Made by a program: the position numbers and the translations under genes. Positions 1-12,308 of a stretch of 64,000 nucleotides of DNA are shown here, in pieces. The stretch is from Macrostomum hystrix (lineage: Eukaryota > Animalia > Platyhelminthes): contig CATNEN010000009.1 of the NCBI GenBank assembly GCA_950097015.1, positions 310,001 through 374,000 of the forward strand, given 5' to 3'. The notes beneath the pieces are model-generated. The model made no database searches and was not told the origin of the DNA. It saw nothing but the letters and a program-made list of their open reading frames with translations. How positions within the stretch are numbered: the stretch's first letter is position 1; each line of letters opens with the position of its first letter.

Positions 1-3000
1 TTACTGTGAGATTCTGCATACTGAGAGATTCTGCATACTGAGAGATTCTGCTTACTGAGAGATTCTGCTTACTGAGAGATTCTGCTTACTGAGAGATTCT
101 GCTTACTGAGAGATTCTGCTTACTGAGAGATTCTGCTTACTGAGAGATTCTGCTTACTGAGAGATTCTGCTTACTGAGAGATTCTGGTTACTGAGAGATT
201 CTGGTTAATGAGAGATTCTGGTTAATGAGAGATTCTGCTTACTCAGAGATTCTGCTTACTGAGAGATTCTGCTTACTGTGAGATTCTGCTTACTGAGAGA
301 TTCTGCTTACTGTGAGATTCTGCTTACTGTGAGATTCTGCTTACTCAGAGATTCTGCTTACTGAGAGATTCTGCTTACTGAGAGATTCTGCTTACTGAGA
401 GATTCTGCTTACTGTGAGATTCTGCTTACTCAGAGATTCTGCTTACTGAGAGATTCTGCTTACTGAGAGATTCTGCTTACTGAGAGATTCTGGTTACTGA
501 GAGATTCTGGTTAATGAGAGATTCTGGTTAATGAGAGATTCTGCTTACTCAGAGATTCTGCTTACTGAGAGATTCTGCTTACTGAGAGATTCTGCTTACT
601 GAGAGATTCTGCTTACTGAGAGATTCTGCTTACTGAGAGATTCTGCTTACTCAGAGATTCTGCTTACTCAGAGATTCTACTTACTGAGAGATTCTGCTTA
701 CTGAGAGATTCTGCTTACTGAGAGATTCTGCTTACTGAGAGATTCTGCTTACTGAGAGATTCTGCTTACTGAGAGATTCTGCTTACTGAGAGATTCTGCT
801 TACTGAGAGATTCTGCTTACTGAGAGATTCTGCTTACTGAGAGATTCTGCTTACTGAGAGATTCTGCTTACTGAGAGATTCTGCTTACTGAGAGATTCTG
901 CTTACTCAGAGATTCTGCTTACTGAGAGATTCTGCTTACTGAGAGATTCTGCTTACTGAGAGATTCTGCTTACTGAGAGATTCTGCTTACTCAGAGATTC
1001 TGCTTACTCAGAGATTCTGCTTACTGAGAGATTCTGCTTACTGAGAGATTCTGCTTACTGAGAGATTCTGGTTACTGAGAGATTCTGGTTAATGAGAGAT
1101 TCTGGTTACTGAGAGATTCTGCTTACTCAGAGATTCTGCTTACTGAGAGATTCTGCTTACTGAGAGATTCTGCTTACTGAGAGATTCTGCTTACTGAGAG
1201 ATTCTGCTTACTGAGAGATTCTGCTTACTGAGAGATTCTGCTTACTGAGAGATTCTGCTTACTCAGAGATTCTGCTTACTGAGAGATTCTGCTTACTGAG
1301 AGATTCTGCTTACTGAGAGATTCTGCTTACTGAGAGATTCTGCTTACTGAGAGATTCTGCTTACTGAGAGATTCTGGTTAATGAGAGATTCTGCTTACTG
1401 AGAGATTCTGCTTACTGAGAGATTCTGCTTACTGAGAGATTCTGCTTACTGAGAGATTCTGCTTACTGAGAGATTCTGCTTACTGAGAGATTCTGCTTAC
1501 TGAGAGATTCTGCTTACTGAGAGATTCTGCTTACTCAGAGATTCTGCTTACTGAGAGATTCTGCTTACTGAGAGATTCTGCTTACTGAGAGATTCTGCTT
1601 ACTGAGAGATTCTGCTTACTGAGAGATTCTGCTTACTGAGAGATTCTGCTTACTGAGAGATTCTGCTTACTCAGAGATTCTGCTTACTGAGAGATTCTGC
1701 TTACTGAGAGATTCTGCTTACTGAGAGATTCTGGTTAATGAGAGATTCTGCTTACTGAGAGATTCTGCTTACTGAGAGATTCTGCTTACTCAGAGATTCT
1801 ACTTACTGAGAGATTCTGCTTACTGAGAGATTCTGCTAACTGTGAGATTCTGCTTACTCAGAGATTCTGCTTACTCAGAGATTCTGCTTACTCAGAGATT
1901 CTGCTTACTGAGAGATTCTGCTTACTGAGAGATTCTGCTTACTGAGAGATTCTGCTTACTGAGAGATTCTGCTTACTGAGAGATTCTGCTAACTGTGAGA
2001 TTCTGCTTACTCAGAGATTCTGCTTACTGAGAGATTCTGCTTACTGAGAGATTCTGCTTACTGAGAGATTCTGGTTACTGAGAGATTCTGGTTAATGAGA
2101 GATTCTGGTTAATGAGAGATTCTGCTTACTCAGAGATTCTGCTTACTGAGAGATTCTGCTTACTGAGAGATTCTGCTTACTCAGAGATTCTGCTTACTGA
2201 GAGATTCTGCTTACTGAGAGATTCTGGTTAATGAGAGATTCTGCTTACTGAGAGATTCTGCTTACTGAGAGATTCTGCTTACTCAGAGATTCTACTTACT
2301 GAGAGATTCTGCTTACTGAGAGATTCTGCTTACTCAGAGATTCTGCTTACTCAGAGATTCTGCTTACTGAGAGATTCTGCTTACTGAGAGATTCTGCTAA
2401 CTGTGAGATTCTGCTTACTCAGAGATTCTGCTTACTCAGAGATTCTGCTTACTGAGAGATTCTGCTTACTGAGAGATTCTGCTAACTGTGAGATTCTGCT
2501 TACTCAGAGATTCTGCTTACTCAGAGATTCTGCTTACTGAGAGATTCTGCTTACTGAGAGATTCTGCTTACTGAGAGATTCTGCTTACTGTGAGATTCTG
2601 CTTACTGAGAGATTCTGCTTACTGAGAGATTCTGCTTACTGAGAGATTCTGCTTACTGAGAGATTCTGCTTACTGAGAGATTCTGCTTACTGAGAGATTC
2701 TGCTTACTGAGAGATTCTGCTTACTGTGAGATTCTGCTAACTGTGAGATTCTGCTTACTCAGAGATTCTGCTTACTCAGAGATTCTGCTTACTGAGAGAT
2801 TCTGCTTACTGAGAGATTCTGCTAACTGTGAGATTCTGCTTACTCAGAGATTCTGCTTACTCAGAGATTCTGCTTACTGAGAGATTCTGCTTACTGAGAG
2901 ATTCTGCTTACTGAGAGATTCTGCTTACTGAGAGATTCTGCTTACTGAGAGATTCTGCTTACTGAGAGATTCTGCTTACTGAGAGATTCTGCTTACTGAG

Positions 3001-3268
3001 AGATTCTGGTTAATGAGAGATTCTGCTTACTGAGAGATTCTGCTTACTCAGAGATTCTGCTTACTCAGAGATTCTACTTACTGAGAGATTCTGCTAACTG
3101 TGAGATTCTGCTTACTCAGAGATTCTGCTTACTCAGAGATTCTGCTTACTGAGAGATTCTGCTTACTCAGAGATTCTGCTTACTCAGAGATTCTGCTTTC
3201 TGGGAGATTCTGCTTACTCAGAGATTCTGCTTACTGAGAGATTCTTCTGAATGTGAGATTCTTCTTAC
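1..3268. repeat. 17-bp minisatellite (consensus CTGAGAGATTCTGCTTA), ~190 copies, truncated by the window start
   Basis: 17-nt periodicity read directly. Recurrent variants: CTCAG/CTGTG for CTGAG, GGTTAATG, GCTAACTG. Degenerates near 3240-3268. Confidence 0.97.
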
Positions 3269-3308
3269 GGCAGCATAAGACGACAGTTAGGGAGTTAAGT
3301 ACTCAGCA

Positions 3309-3368
3309 GTGAGTGCTCAGAAGTGAGTGCTCAGAAGTGAGTGCTCAGAAGTGAGTGCTGAGAAGTGA
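3309..3368. repeat. 14-bp tandem repeat (GTGAGTGCTCAGAA) x~4
   Basis: Read directly. Confidence 0.85.
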
Positions 3369-5090
3369 TTGTTTTGTGTAGAAGACTATTGAATACCGCC
3401 AGTGCACTTAATTAGATTTTTTTTTTTAAAAAGACGGCACTGCCTGCCGATTGCAGGCCGCAATGATCCAGGAGCACCTGGGTGGGAGGCAGACTTAAGC
3501 AGACTCGCCGCTCGCTCAGCAACACAGCGGGAAGCTGGCGAGGGACTGAGAGGGGCGGAGTCGGCCATCCCAGCAGGGATGCTCATTTGCCATGCTCCAG
3601 TTGGGAGAAAATGAGATTTGGATTGAGGAAAAATCAAATGACACAGAAACCTCAGCAAGGCCTTGAGACTCAATTTAGAGGAAAGAACTAATGGAAATAA
3701 TAGAGAAAATTATTAACAGAAATATTGCAGAATAAACTTACTAAGTGCTCTTGTCTTATAGCGAACTTAACTGCTACACGTGCTTGAGCAGCCAGGTCTG
3801 ACTTGAAATTAAATTTTCTGAAAGGAGTTTAAGCCACGCAGTGGTTGTGAAAGTTTTCTAGGCTCGATCGCCTCTACTGAGCCGAGTAGGCAGGTGGCAA
3901 ATCAGAAACTTAATGTGAGATTTGCGCGAATTCTCGGCTATTCGTGTCTTATTGCAGGACAATCTGTAATGCACTCTCCTGACACTGAACAGACTTTCTC
4001 TCATACCAAGTAGACACAGCGGGCAATGCTTATTTTTAGAATTTAACCGGCTCATTACACTCAGACGGACAATAAGCAACTAGATGCTCTTTTTAGAGCC
4101 GTATGGGAGCCTCATCTGATTATCTTTTCAGTTCGTAGAACTAAAATAATAATTTCTCTCCGAATTCACAGAAATCACAGAAATGAGCTGTGATATGCCT
4201 AATACGCGATTCAGTATTGCACAAAATGAACTTATTTGAAAGCCGCACATTTGAGTCTCATAACTAATGGAGAAACAAGTTTCCAGTTTGTGTTAGCAAC
4301 CCAAATTCTTTAAAATGAAAGTTGCACATAAATATTGATTTTAAACAGCACAATATTGTTCTACGGTGAGCTGAAATGCCTTCTATCCAGATGCCATACC
4401 CAAGAACTTTATTTCAAGTTATGATTTCAGAGTTGCGCTGTCCATTCACAAAACTCTTTCCCTTGCTCGGTGCATGATGGACCAAAATTAGCCACAAGGT
4501 ATGTCAAAAGCGACCTCTGGTCCTTTCACAAATACGAGTAGAAGCCCAAGTCAGGGCAATCTTCAGTGCATATTCAGTACATGTACTTGAGTACTTGAGT
4601 ACGCCATCAATAAAACAGAATAAGAACGCTAAGTTGAAATGACATAAGATGATATGATATGATATGATATGCCTTTGATTGCCGTCACTGCACATTCCTT
4701 TTATGCCTGCTGCTAGCACTGCCGTCAGTGTTATTTGTTAGCAAGGAGAAACGTGCTGATTGGTATTTATAACTAATCGATATCTAAAGTAATTGGCTTT
4801 TCACATAAGGTCAGCCAAGGGGCTTGAGATAAGCCTTTCATCAGCAACAGATAAGCTAAACATAAAAGAGCTTGCAGATGCGAAATGCAGTGGAAGGCAT
4901 GCATGCTGAACTGTGACAAGTGAGATGTAGGCCGAAGCTTTTGGCGATTCTAACGCCCGCTAATCACGAGTCCTGACCATGTGCCATATTGGAACATGAG
5001 GCTCAACAACACTGGACCCTTTGCGGCCGCCACACTCGGCACTCCTAACTGACGGATTTTGAAGCCCCTGGCGTCGCAACTCGTTCAGCT

Positions 5091-7408
5091 TTAGTCTGAT
5101 TTAGTCTGATTTAGTCTGACCCAGTCTGATTTAGTCTGATTTAGTCTGACCCAGTCTGATTTAGTCTGACCCAGTCTGATTCAGTCTGACCCAGTCTGAT
5201 TTAGTCTGACCCAGTCTGATTTAGTCTGACCCAGTCTGATTTAGTCTGACCCAGTCTGATGTAGTCTGACCCAGTCTGATTTAGTCTGACCCAGTCTGAT
5301 TCAGTCTGACCCAGTCTGATTTAGTCTGACCCAGTCTGATGTAGTCTGACCCAGTCTGATTTAGTCTGATTTAGTCTGACCCAGTCTGATTTAGTCTGAT
5401 TTAGTCTGATTTAGTCTGATTTAGTCTGATTTAGTCTGACCCAGTCTGATTCAGTCTGACCCAGTCTGATTTAGTCTGACCCAGTCTGATGTAGTCTGAC
5501 CCAGTCTGATGTAGTCTGACCCAGTCTGATTTAGTCTGACCCAGTCTGATTTAGTCTGACCCAGTCTGATTTAGTCTGACCCAGTCTGATTCAGTCTGAC
5601 CCAGTCTGATTTAGTCTGACCCAGTCTGATTCAGTCTGACCCAGTCTGATGTAGTCTGACCCAGTCTGATGTAGTCTGACCCAGTCTGATTTAGTCTGAT
5701 TTAGTCTGATTTAGTCTGACCCAGTCTGATTTAGTCTGACCCAGTCTGATTTAGCCTGACCCAGTCTGATGTAGTCTGACCCAGTCTGAAGTAGTCTGAC
5801 CCAGTCTGATTTAGTCTGACCCAGTCTGATTTAGTCTGACCCAGTCTGATTCAGTCTGACCCAGTCTGATGTAGTCTGACCCAGTCTGATGTAGTCTGAC
5901 CCAGTCTGATGTAGTCTGACCCAGTCTGATTTAGTCTGACCCAGTCTGATTTAGTCTGACCCAGTCTGATGTAGTCTGACCCAGTCTGATGTAGTCTGAC
6001 CCAGTCTGATTTAGTCTGATTTAGTCTGATTTAGTCTGACCCAGTCTGATTCAGTCTGACCCAGTCTGATGTAGTCTGACCCAGTCTGATTTAGTCTGAC
6101 CCAGTCTGATTTAGTCTGACCCAGTCTGATTTAGTCTGACCCAGTCTGATTTAGTCTGACCCAGTCTGATTTAGTCTGACCCAGTCTGATTCAGTCTGAC
6201 CCAGTCTGATGTAGTCTGACCCAGTCTGATGTAGTCTGACCCAGTCTGATGTAGTCTGACCCAGTCTGATTTAGTCTGATTTAGTCTGACCCAGTCTGAT
6301 TCAGTCTGACCCAGTCTGATGTAGTCTGACCCAGTCTGATTTAGTCTGACCCAGTCTGATTCAGTCTGACCCAGTCTGATTTAGTCTGACCCAGTCTGAT
6401 TTAGTCTGACCCAGTCTGATTTAGTCTGACCCAGTCTGATTCAGTCTGACCCAGTCTGATGTAGTCTGACCCAGTCTGATGTAGTCTGACCCAGTCTGAT
6501 TTAGTCTGACCCAGTCTGATTTAGTCTGACCCAGTCTGATTCAGTCTGACCCAGTCTGATGTAGTCTGACCCAGTCTGATTTAGTCTGACCCAGTCTGAT
6601 GTAGTCTGACCCAGTCTGATGTAGTCTGACCCAGTCTGATTTAGTCTGACCCAGTCTGATTTAGTCTGACCCAGTCTGATTCAGTCTGACCCAGTCTGAT
6701 GTAGTCTGACCCAGTCTGATTTAGTCTGACCCAGTCTGATGTAGTCTGACCCAGTCTGATTTAGTCTGACCCAGTCTGATTTAGTCTGACCCAGTCTGAT
6801 TTAGTCTGACCCAGTCTGATTTAGTCTGACCCAGTCTGATTTAGTCTGACCCAGTCTGATTCAGTCTGACCCAGTCTGATGTAGTCTGACCCAGTCTGAT
6901 GTAGTCTGACCCAGTCTGATGTAGTCTGACCCAGTCTGATTTAGTCTGATTTAGTCTGACCCAGTCTGATTCAGTCTGACCCAGTCTGATGTAGTCTGAC
7001 CCAGTCTGATTTAGTCTGACCCAGTCTGATTTAGTCTGACCCAGTCTGATTTAGTCTGACCCAGTCTGATTTAGTCTGACCCAGTCTGATTTAGTCTGAC
7101 CCAGTCTGATTCAGTCTGACCCAGTCTGATGTAGTCTGACCCAGTCTGATGTAGTCTGACCCAGTCTGATTTAGTCTGACCCAGTCTGATTTAGTCTGAC
7201 CCAGTCTGATTCAGTCTGACCCAGTCTGATGTAGTCTGACCCAGTCTGATTTAGTCTGAGCCAGTCTGATGTAGTCTGACCCAGTCTGATTTAGTCTGAC
7301 CCAGTCTGATTTAGTCTGACCCAGTCTGATGTAGTCTGACCCAGTCTGATTTAGTCTGACCCAGTCTGATTTAGTCTGACCCAGTCTGATGTAGTCTGAC
7401 CCAGTCTG
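5091..7408. repeat. 10-bp minisatellite with a 20-bp higher-order unit (TTAGTCTGAC CCAGTCTGAT), ~230 monomers
   Basis: Invariant AGTCTGA core every 10 nt; variation almost confined to the flanking bases (TT/TC/GT/CC). Confidence 0.97.
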
Positions 7409-7610
7409 GACGAGTCCGACCGATTAAGTATTACCGATTCAGGACGATTACTTACCCCTACTGTATTTTATACAGCATCGATGAGCCTTTAAGGCCCAGT
7501 TCTTTGGACATGAGAATTGTGAGCTGCCCTAAAGGCAACTTAAACACACAGACTCCAAACAAGGCTAGATAACTGAAGATTGCGGATAGACACAAAAGAA
7601 ATTCTTAAAA

Positions 7611-7916
7611 TATAAATAGCAATGACGGAGTTCATGGCTTCATGAGCAGGTTGTGGCAGCCAGTCTGAACAGCCCAGAGAAGCGAAGCGAAAACTCGTCG
7701 ACTGGCATCTATAAATAGCAATGACAGAGTTCATGGCTTCATGAGCAGGTTGTGGCAGCCAGTCTGAACAGCCCAGAGAAGCGAAGCGAAAACTCGTCGA
7801 CTGGCATCTATAAATAGCAATGACAGAGTTCATGGCTTCATGAGCAGGTTGTGGCAGCCAGTCTGAACAGCCCAGAGAAGCGAAGCGAAAACTCGTCGAC
7901 TGGCATCTATAAATAG
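7611..7916. repeat. 99-bp tandem repeat x3, each unit starting TATAAATAG
   Basis: TATAAATAG at 7611, 7710, 7809 and 7908; intervening units near-identical. Confidence 0.92.
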
Positions 7917-8162
7917 TGCTGACTTAATCTGGGCAGGCTAATATAATTCCAGGACTTGTTGCGCCTTTTAAGACTTCCCCCAAAAACAATTTCAGGTTAA
8001 ATAGTTCTCAGTAGCTGCGGTTTCAGTAGCCTGTTTGAGTACGCTTTCGCTTCGATTCTGTCTGGTTGGTTAGCATAAGTTAGAGAACAAAAGTTTGCAG
8101 TTTTCAGAACTGTGGATTGTACTTCATTCACCATCGCTCAACCAACCTCAAACCATTCATAG

Positions 8163-9190
8163 ATGAAGCAATCGATGCGGATGTCTGTGCTGCTGGCTGT
8201 GACGCTCCTGAGCTTCTTCGCACGCTGCGGTGCTGCCGAGTCGGTCGCGGACTCGCTGAATACCGCTTGCAGCTCCATTGTCAATGGCGAGATCCCAGAA
8301 GCCCGAGATGTCAGCGGCCACGTGCTAGCAGCCGCGATGCACCTGTCGAAGGCGCTGGGCATTGAGTTCTCGGCCTGCTCGGTCACCGAAGAAGGCAGGC
8401 AGTTTGAACTGGCCTTCAGGAGGAGGGAGGAATTTCTGGCACTGAGCTGCAAGCTGAGCGGCAGCGACGAACTCAGAAATGCGACCGAGATCGGTGTGGA
8501 GTGCGAGTTCCCCGGAATAGAAATTGCTAAAAGAGAAGAGACCGCACTGTTAGAGGTAGGTGTTCGCACTGCTTGACGCCAGATTCTCAATAACCAGATA
8601 CATCCGGGAAACAATGCGTTCACACAAGCGCTCTTGAAGCACCTCACGAAAAAATCAGCAATGAAATTCTCTCGATGCGCCCTCAACGACAATAATGAGG
8701 TAGAAATGTCTATGGAGAGCTACGGCACGAAATTCATCGACGCAGTGATATCGTTTCTGGGCACCTTGAAAATCTCTGTAAAGTACAACATTCCCAAAGA
8801 ACTGGAAGACAAGTGGCTGCGAAACTATTCAGATAGTGCAGGTGAGCCTATGAGTAGCAAAAGCAGTTTGTGTGTGACTAAATGTACTAGAAGTACATTC
8901 TTCTATTTAGCGAATGGTTCCTTTCCCCTTTTAGACTGGCTGATGCACTCAGACGAACTGTGAGAGATGTCAGCTAAGCCGCTGATGCACTCAGACGAAC
9001 TGTGAGACATGTCAGCTAAGACGGTGATGCACTCAGACGAACTGTGAGACATGTCAGCTAAGCCGGTGATGCACTCAGACGAACTGTGAGACATGTCAGC
9101 TAAGCCGGCTCAGGGCCTGACGCGACCGAAAGCGCCGCGCAAATAAACAGTTATTCAAGCCAGAGTTTACATGTACGAGCGAAGCTATAA
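8163..9190 (+). CDS. Orphan secreted protein, spliced. Exons 8163-8555 and 8598-8841; possible last exon 9114-9190 (weak)
   Basis: N-terminal signal peptide (MKQSMRMSVLLAVTLLSFFARCGAA). ORFs 8163-8576 and 8634-8963 are in the same frame, separated by one TGA. That TGA lies in a predicted 42-nt intron (GAG|GTAGGT, CTTGAC branch-like motif, AACCAG|ATA). Strong donor CAG|GTGAGC at 8842. No family recognised. Confidence 0.6.
8938..9108. repeat. 42-bp tandem repeat x~4 in the putative intron
   Basis: Unit GATGCACTCAGACGAACTGTGAGACATGTCAGCTAAGCCGGT. Confidence 0.9.
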
Positions 9191-10081
9191 GCCTATTTAC
9201 TGAGTGACAGCTGCTGTGAATCAACGAAGCTATAAGCCTATTTACTGTGTGACAGCTGCTGTGAATCAGCGAAGCTATAAGCCTATTTACTGTGTGACAG
9301 CTGCTGTGAATCAGCGAAGCTATAAGCCTATTTACTGAGTGACAGCTGCTGTGAATCAGCGAAGCTATAAGCCTATTTACTGAGTGACAGCTGCTGTGAA
9401 TCAGCGAAGCTATAAGCCTATTTACTGAGTGACAGCTGCTGTGAATCAGCGAAGCTATAAGCCTATTTACTGTGTGACAGCTGCTGTGAATCAGCGAAGC
9501 TATAAGCCTATTTACTGTGTGACAGCTGCTGTTAATCAGTGAAGCTATAAGCCTATTTACTGAGTGACAGCTGCTGTGAATCAGCGAAGCTATAAGCCTA
9601 TTTACTGTGTGACAGCTGCTGTGAATCAGCGAAGCTATAAGCCTATTTACTGAGTGACAGCTGCTGTGAATCAGCGAAGCTATAAGCCTATTTACTGTGT
9701 GACAGCTGTTGTGAATCAGCGAAGCTATAAGCCTATTTACTGTGTGACAGCTGCTGTGAATCAGCGAAGCTATAAGCCTATTTACTGTGTGACAGCTGCT
9801 GTGAATCAGCGAAGCTATAAGTCTATTTACTGAGTGACAGCTGCGCTGTGAATCAGCGAAGCTATAAGCCTATTTACTGAGTGACAGCTGCTGTTAATCA
9901 GTGAAGCTATAAGCCTATTTACTGAGTGACAGCTGCTGTGCATCAGCGAAGCTATAAGCCTATTTACTGAGTGACAGCTGCTGTGAATCAGCGAAGCTAT
10001 AAGCCTATTTACTGAGTGACAGCTGCTGTGAATCAGCGAAGCTATAAGCCTATTTACTGAGTGACAGCTGCTGTGAATCAC
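9178..10081. repeat. 45-bp minisatellite x~20
   Basis: Unit CAGCGAAGCTATAAGCCTATTTACTGAGTGACAGCTGCTGTGAAT; GAAGC recurs at 9181 and 9226. Confidence 0.96.
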
Positions 10082-10376
10082 GCCTCCTCTTTCCATTGCG
10101 CTTTAACTTCTCGTGTTTTGAGCCTTCCCCGCTCACCCCTGCCTTGAGTCGTATTCTCTCACCTCCAAGTCTCGTGATTGGCTGTCCCCCCTTCTGCTGT
10201 CACCCACCCCCGCTGCCACCCTTAAGGCTCATTCAAAGTATCATCTAATTACAGTTTTTTGTGTACATTGGTGCACAGGATGTACAATCGGGATTTTTAG
10301 CCTCGCTTGATCTAATATCGACAAGCCTTTACCCTGTGCTTTATCCATGCAAGTCGATCGCATTTGCCATTATTGA

Positions 10377-10414
10377 AAAGGCCGTCTCTTTCTGCGAAGA
10401 CTCAATTTTGAGCA
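10377..10414 (+). pseudogene. Degenerate spliced-leader (SL)-like sequence
   Basis: 10384-10408 reads GTCTCTTtCTGCGAAGACTCAATTT. This matches 24/25 nt of the Macrostomum lignano SL as recalled from memory (CGGTCTCTTACTGCGAAGACTCAATTTATTGCATG). The terminal ATG and following GT donor are absent. Needs database confirmation. Confidence 0.45.
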
Positions 10415-10632
10415 AAAAACTAGAGTGAATTCTTAAAGGACCAACTAACAAACAAAAACAGTCAGTAAAAAGAAGACAAGTGAGTTGACAAGCCGGAGCT
10501 ACATGCCAAAACTAATCGTGTTTCGCCTTTTTGTCATTTTGTAACTTGGTTTCAGTGCTGAAACATTCAGCCAACAGGGCCTGTGACATCGTGCTGCCCG
10601 CGGCTGTTGGCCTTTTGCAAAGTGGGGAGTAA

Positions 10633-11632
10633 GGAGTGATTGATCATTGGAATGTGGAACTGAGGAGTGATTGATCATTGGAATGTGGAACTGAGGAGTG
10701 ATTGATCATTGGAATGTGGAACTGAGGAGTGATTGATCATTGGAATGTGGAACTGAGGAGTGATTGATCATTGGAATGTGGAACTGAGGAGTGATTGATC
10801 ATTGGAATGTGGAACTGAGGAGTGATTGATCATTGGAATGTGGAACTGAGGAGTGATTGATCATTGGAATGTGGAACTGAGGAGTGATTGATCATTGGAG
10901 TGTGGAACTGAGGAGTGATTGATCATTGGAATGTGGAACTGAGGAGTGATTGATCATTGGAGTGTGGAACTGAGGAGTGATTGATCATTGGAGTGTAGAA
11001 CTGAGGAGTGATTGATCATTGGAATGTGGAACTGAGGAGTGATTGATCATTGGAATGTGGAACTGAGGAGTGATTGATCATTGGAGTGTGGAACTGAGGA
11101 GTGATTGATCATTGGAATGTGGAACTGAGGAGTGATTGATCATTGGAGTGTGGAACTGAGGAGTGATTGATCATTGGAGTGTAGAACTGAGGAGTGATTG
11201 ATCATTGGAATGTGGAACTGAGGAGTGATTGATCATTGGAATGTGGAACTCAGGAGTGATTGATCATTGGAGTGTGGAACTGAGGAGTGATTGATCATTG
11301 GAGTGTGGAACTGAGGAGTGATTAATCATTGGAGTGTGGAACTGAGGAGTGATTGATCATTGGAGTGTGGAACTGAGGAGTGATTAATCATTGGAGTGTG
11401 GAACTGAGGAGTGATTGATCATTGGAATGTGGAACTGAGGAGTGATTGATCATTGGAATGTAGAACTGAGGAGTGATTAATCATTGGAGTGTGGAACTGA
11501 GGAGTGATTGATCATTGGAGTGTGGAACTGAGGAGTGATTGATCATTGGAATGTGGAACTGAGGAGTGATTGATCATTGGAATGTGGAACTGAGGAGTGA
11601 TTGATCATTGGAATGTGGAACTGAGGAGTGAT
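10633..11632. repeat. 31-bp minisatellite x~32
   Basis: Unit GAGGAGTGATTGATCATTGGAATGTGGAACT. Confidence 0.96.
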
Positions 11633-12308
11633 TTGGGCAATGAAATTGTTGAAATGATGAATAAGCCTGCTATTTACCAAATAAAAGCATGCTGTTAGTT
11701 TGTGATCATTTGCAACGATAATATAAATAAAAAGTAGAGCACATTGCTTAATCGTATATTTGCTAGCTGCATAAAAACGGGCTAGAATTGAGAGAAACAA
11801 AGCAGAAGGTGAACATTGGCAAGCGCGCTGTTGCTTAAAAGGCATGGAATTGCGGACTCATTGACTACATATGGATTCCGAATGTACATTGTTAGTGCAG
11901 TATAGTTTCCAGAATAATATTAACAAAAGCACCGAGGTGGCTAAAATAGCCGATCCATGAAATTCGCAAAGCAGTTTTCACTGATTTGGCATTGCTTTGT
12001 GGACAACTTTGCATTCAGCAGACGTCATGGCAATATTGAATATAAGGCTAGAAATTGTACGTAAAGGTGTGCAAAGTTAAACAGCACTTGGTGCAAAGAG
12101 ACTAGAAAGCAGCTGCGAGATTCGGCCTAAGCAAAAAACTCCCAACCAAAAATAGCTGGAATGCAGCAAAAGCAAATCAAATTTGAACCCGGGTGTTACC
12201 ATAGACATTCACGAATATTACAATGCAGAAAAGTGTTTAGTGAGATCGCCGTCAACAGGAGCACAGGGCAAATGAAGACAGTCCGCACCGACCCTGTACT
12301 CACTGACT

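Noticed and set aside
3386-3691. GC-rich patch with overlapping short ORFs
   Set aside because: No recognisable domain, non-ATG starts and no convincing splice sites.
7456-7528. Possible 73-nt minus-strand exon (GSSQFSCPKNWALKAHRCCIKYSR) resembling a C-type-lectin N-terminus
   Set aside because: Flanked by a plausible AG and GTAAGT, but no partner exons could be identified and the motif is too short to support a gene.
9178-10081. Regular 23-73-bp repeats as possible CRISPR arrays
   Set aside because: Units are directly adjacent with no unique spacers, there are no cas genes, and the context is eukaryotic.
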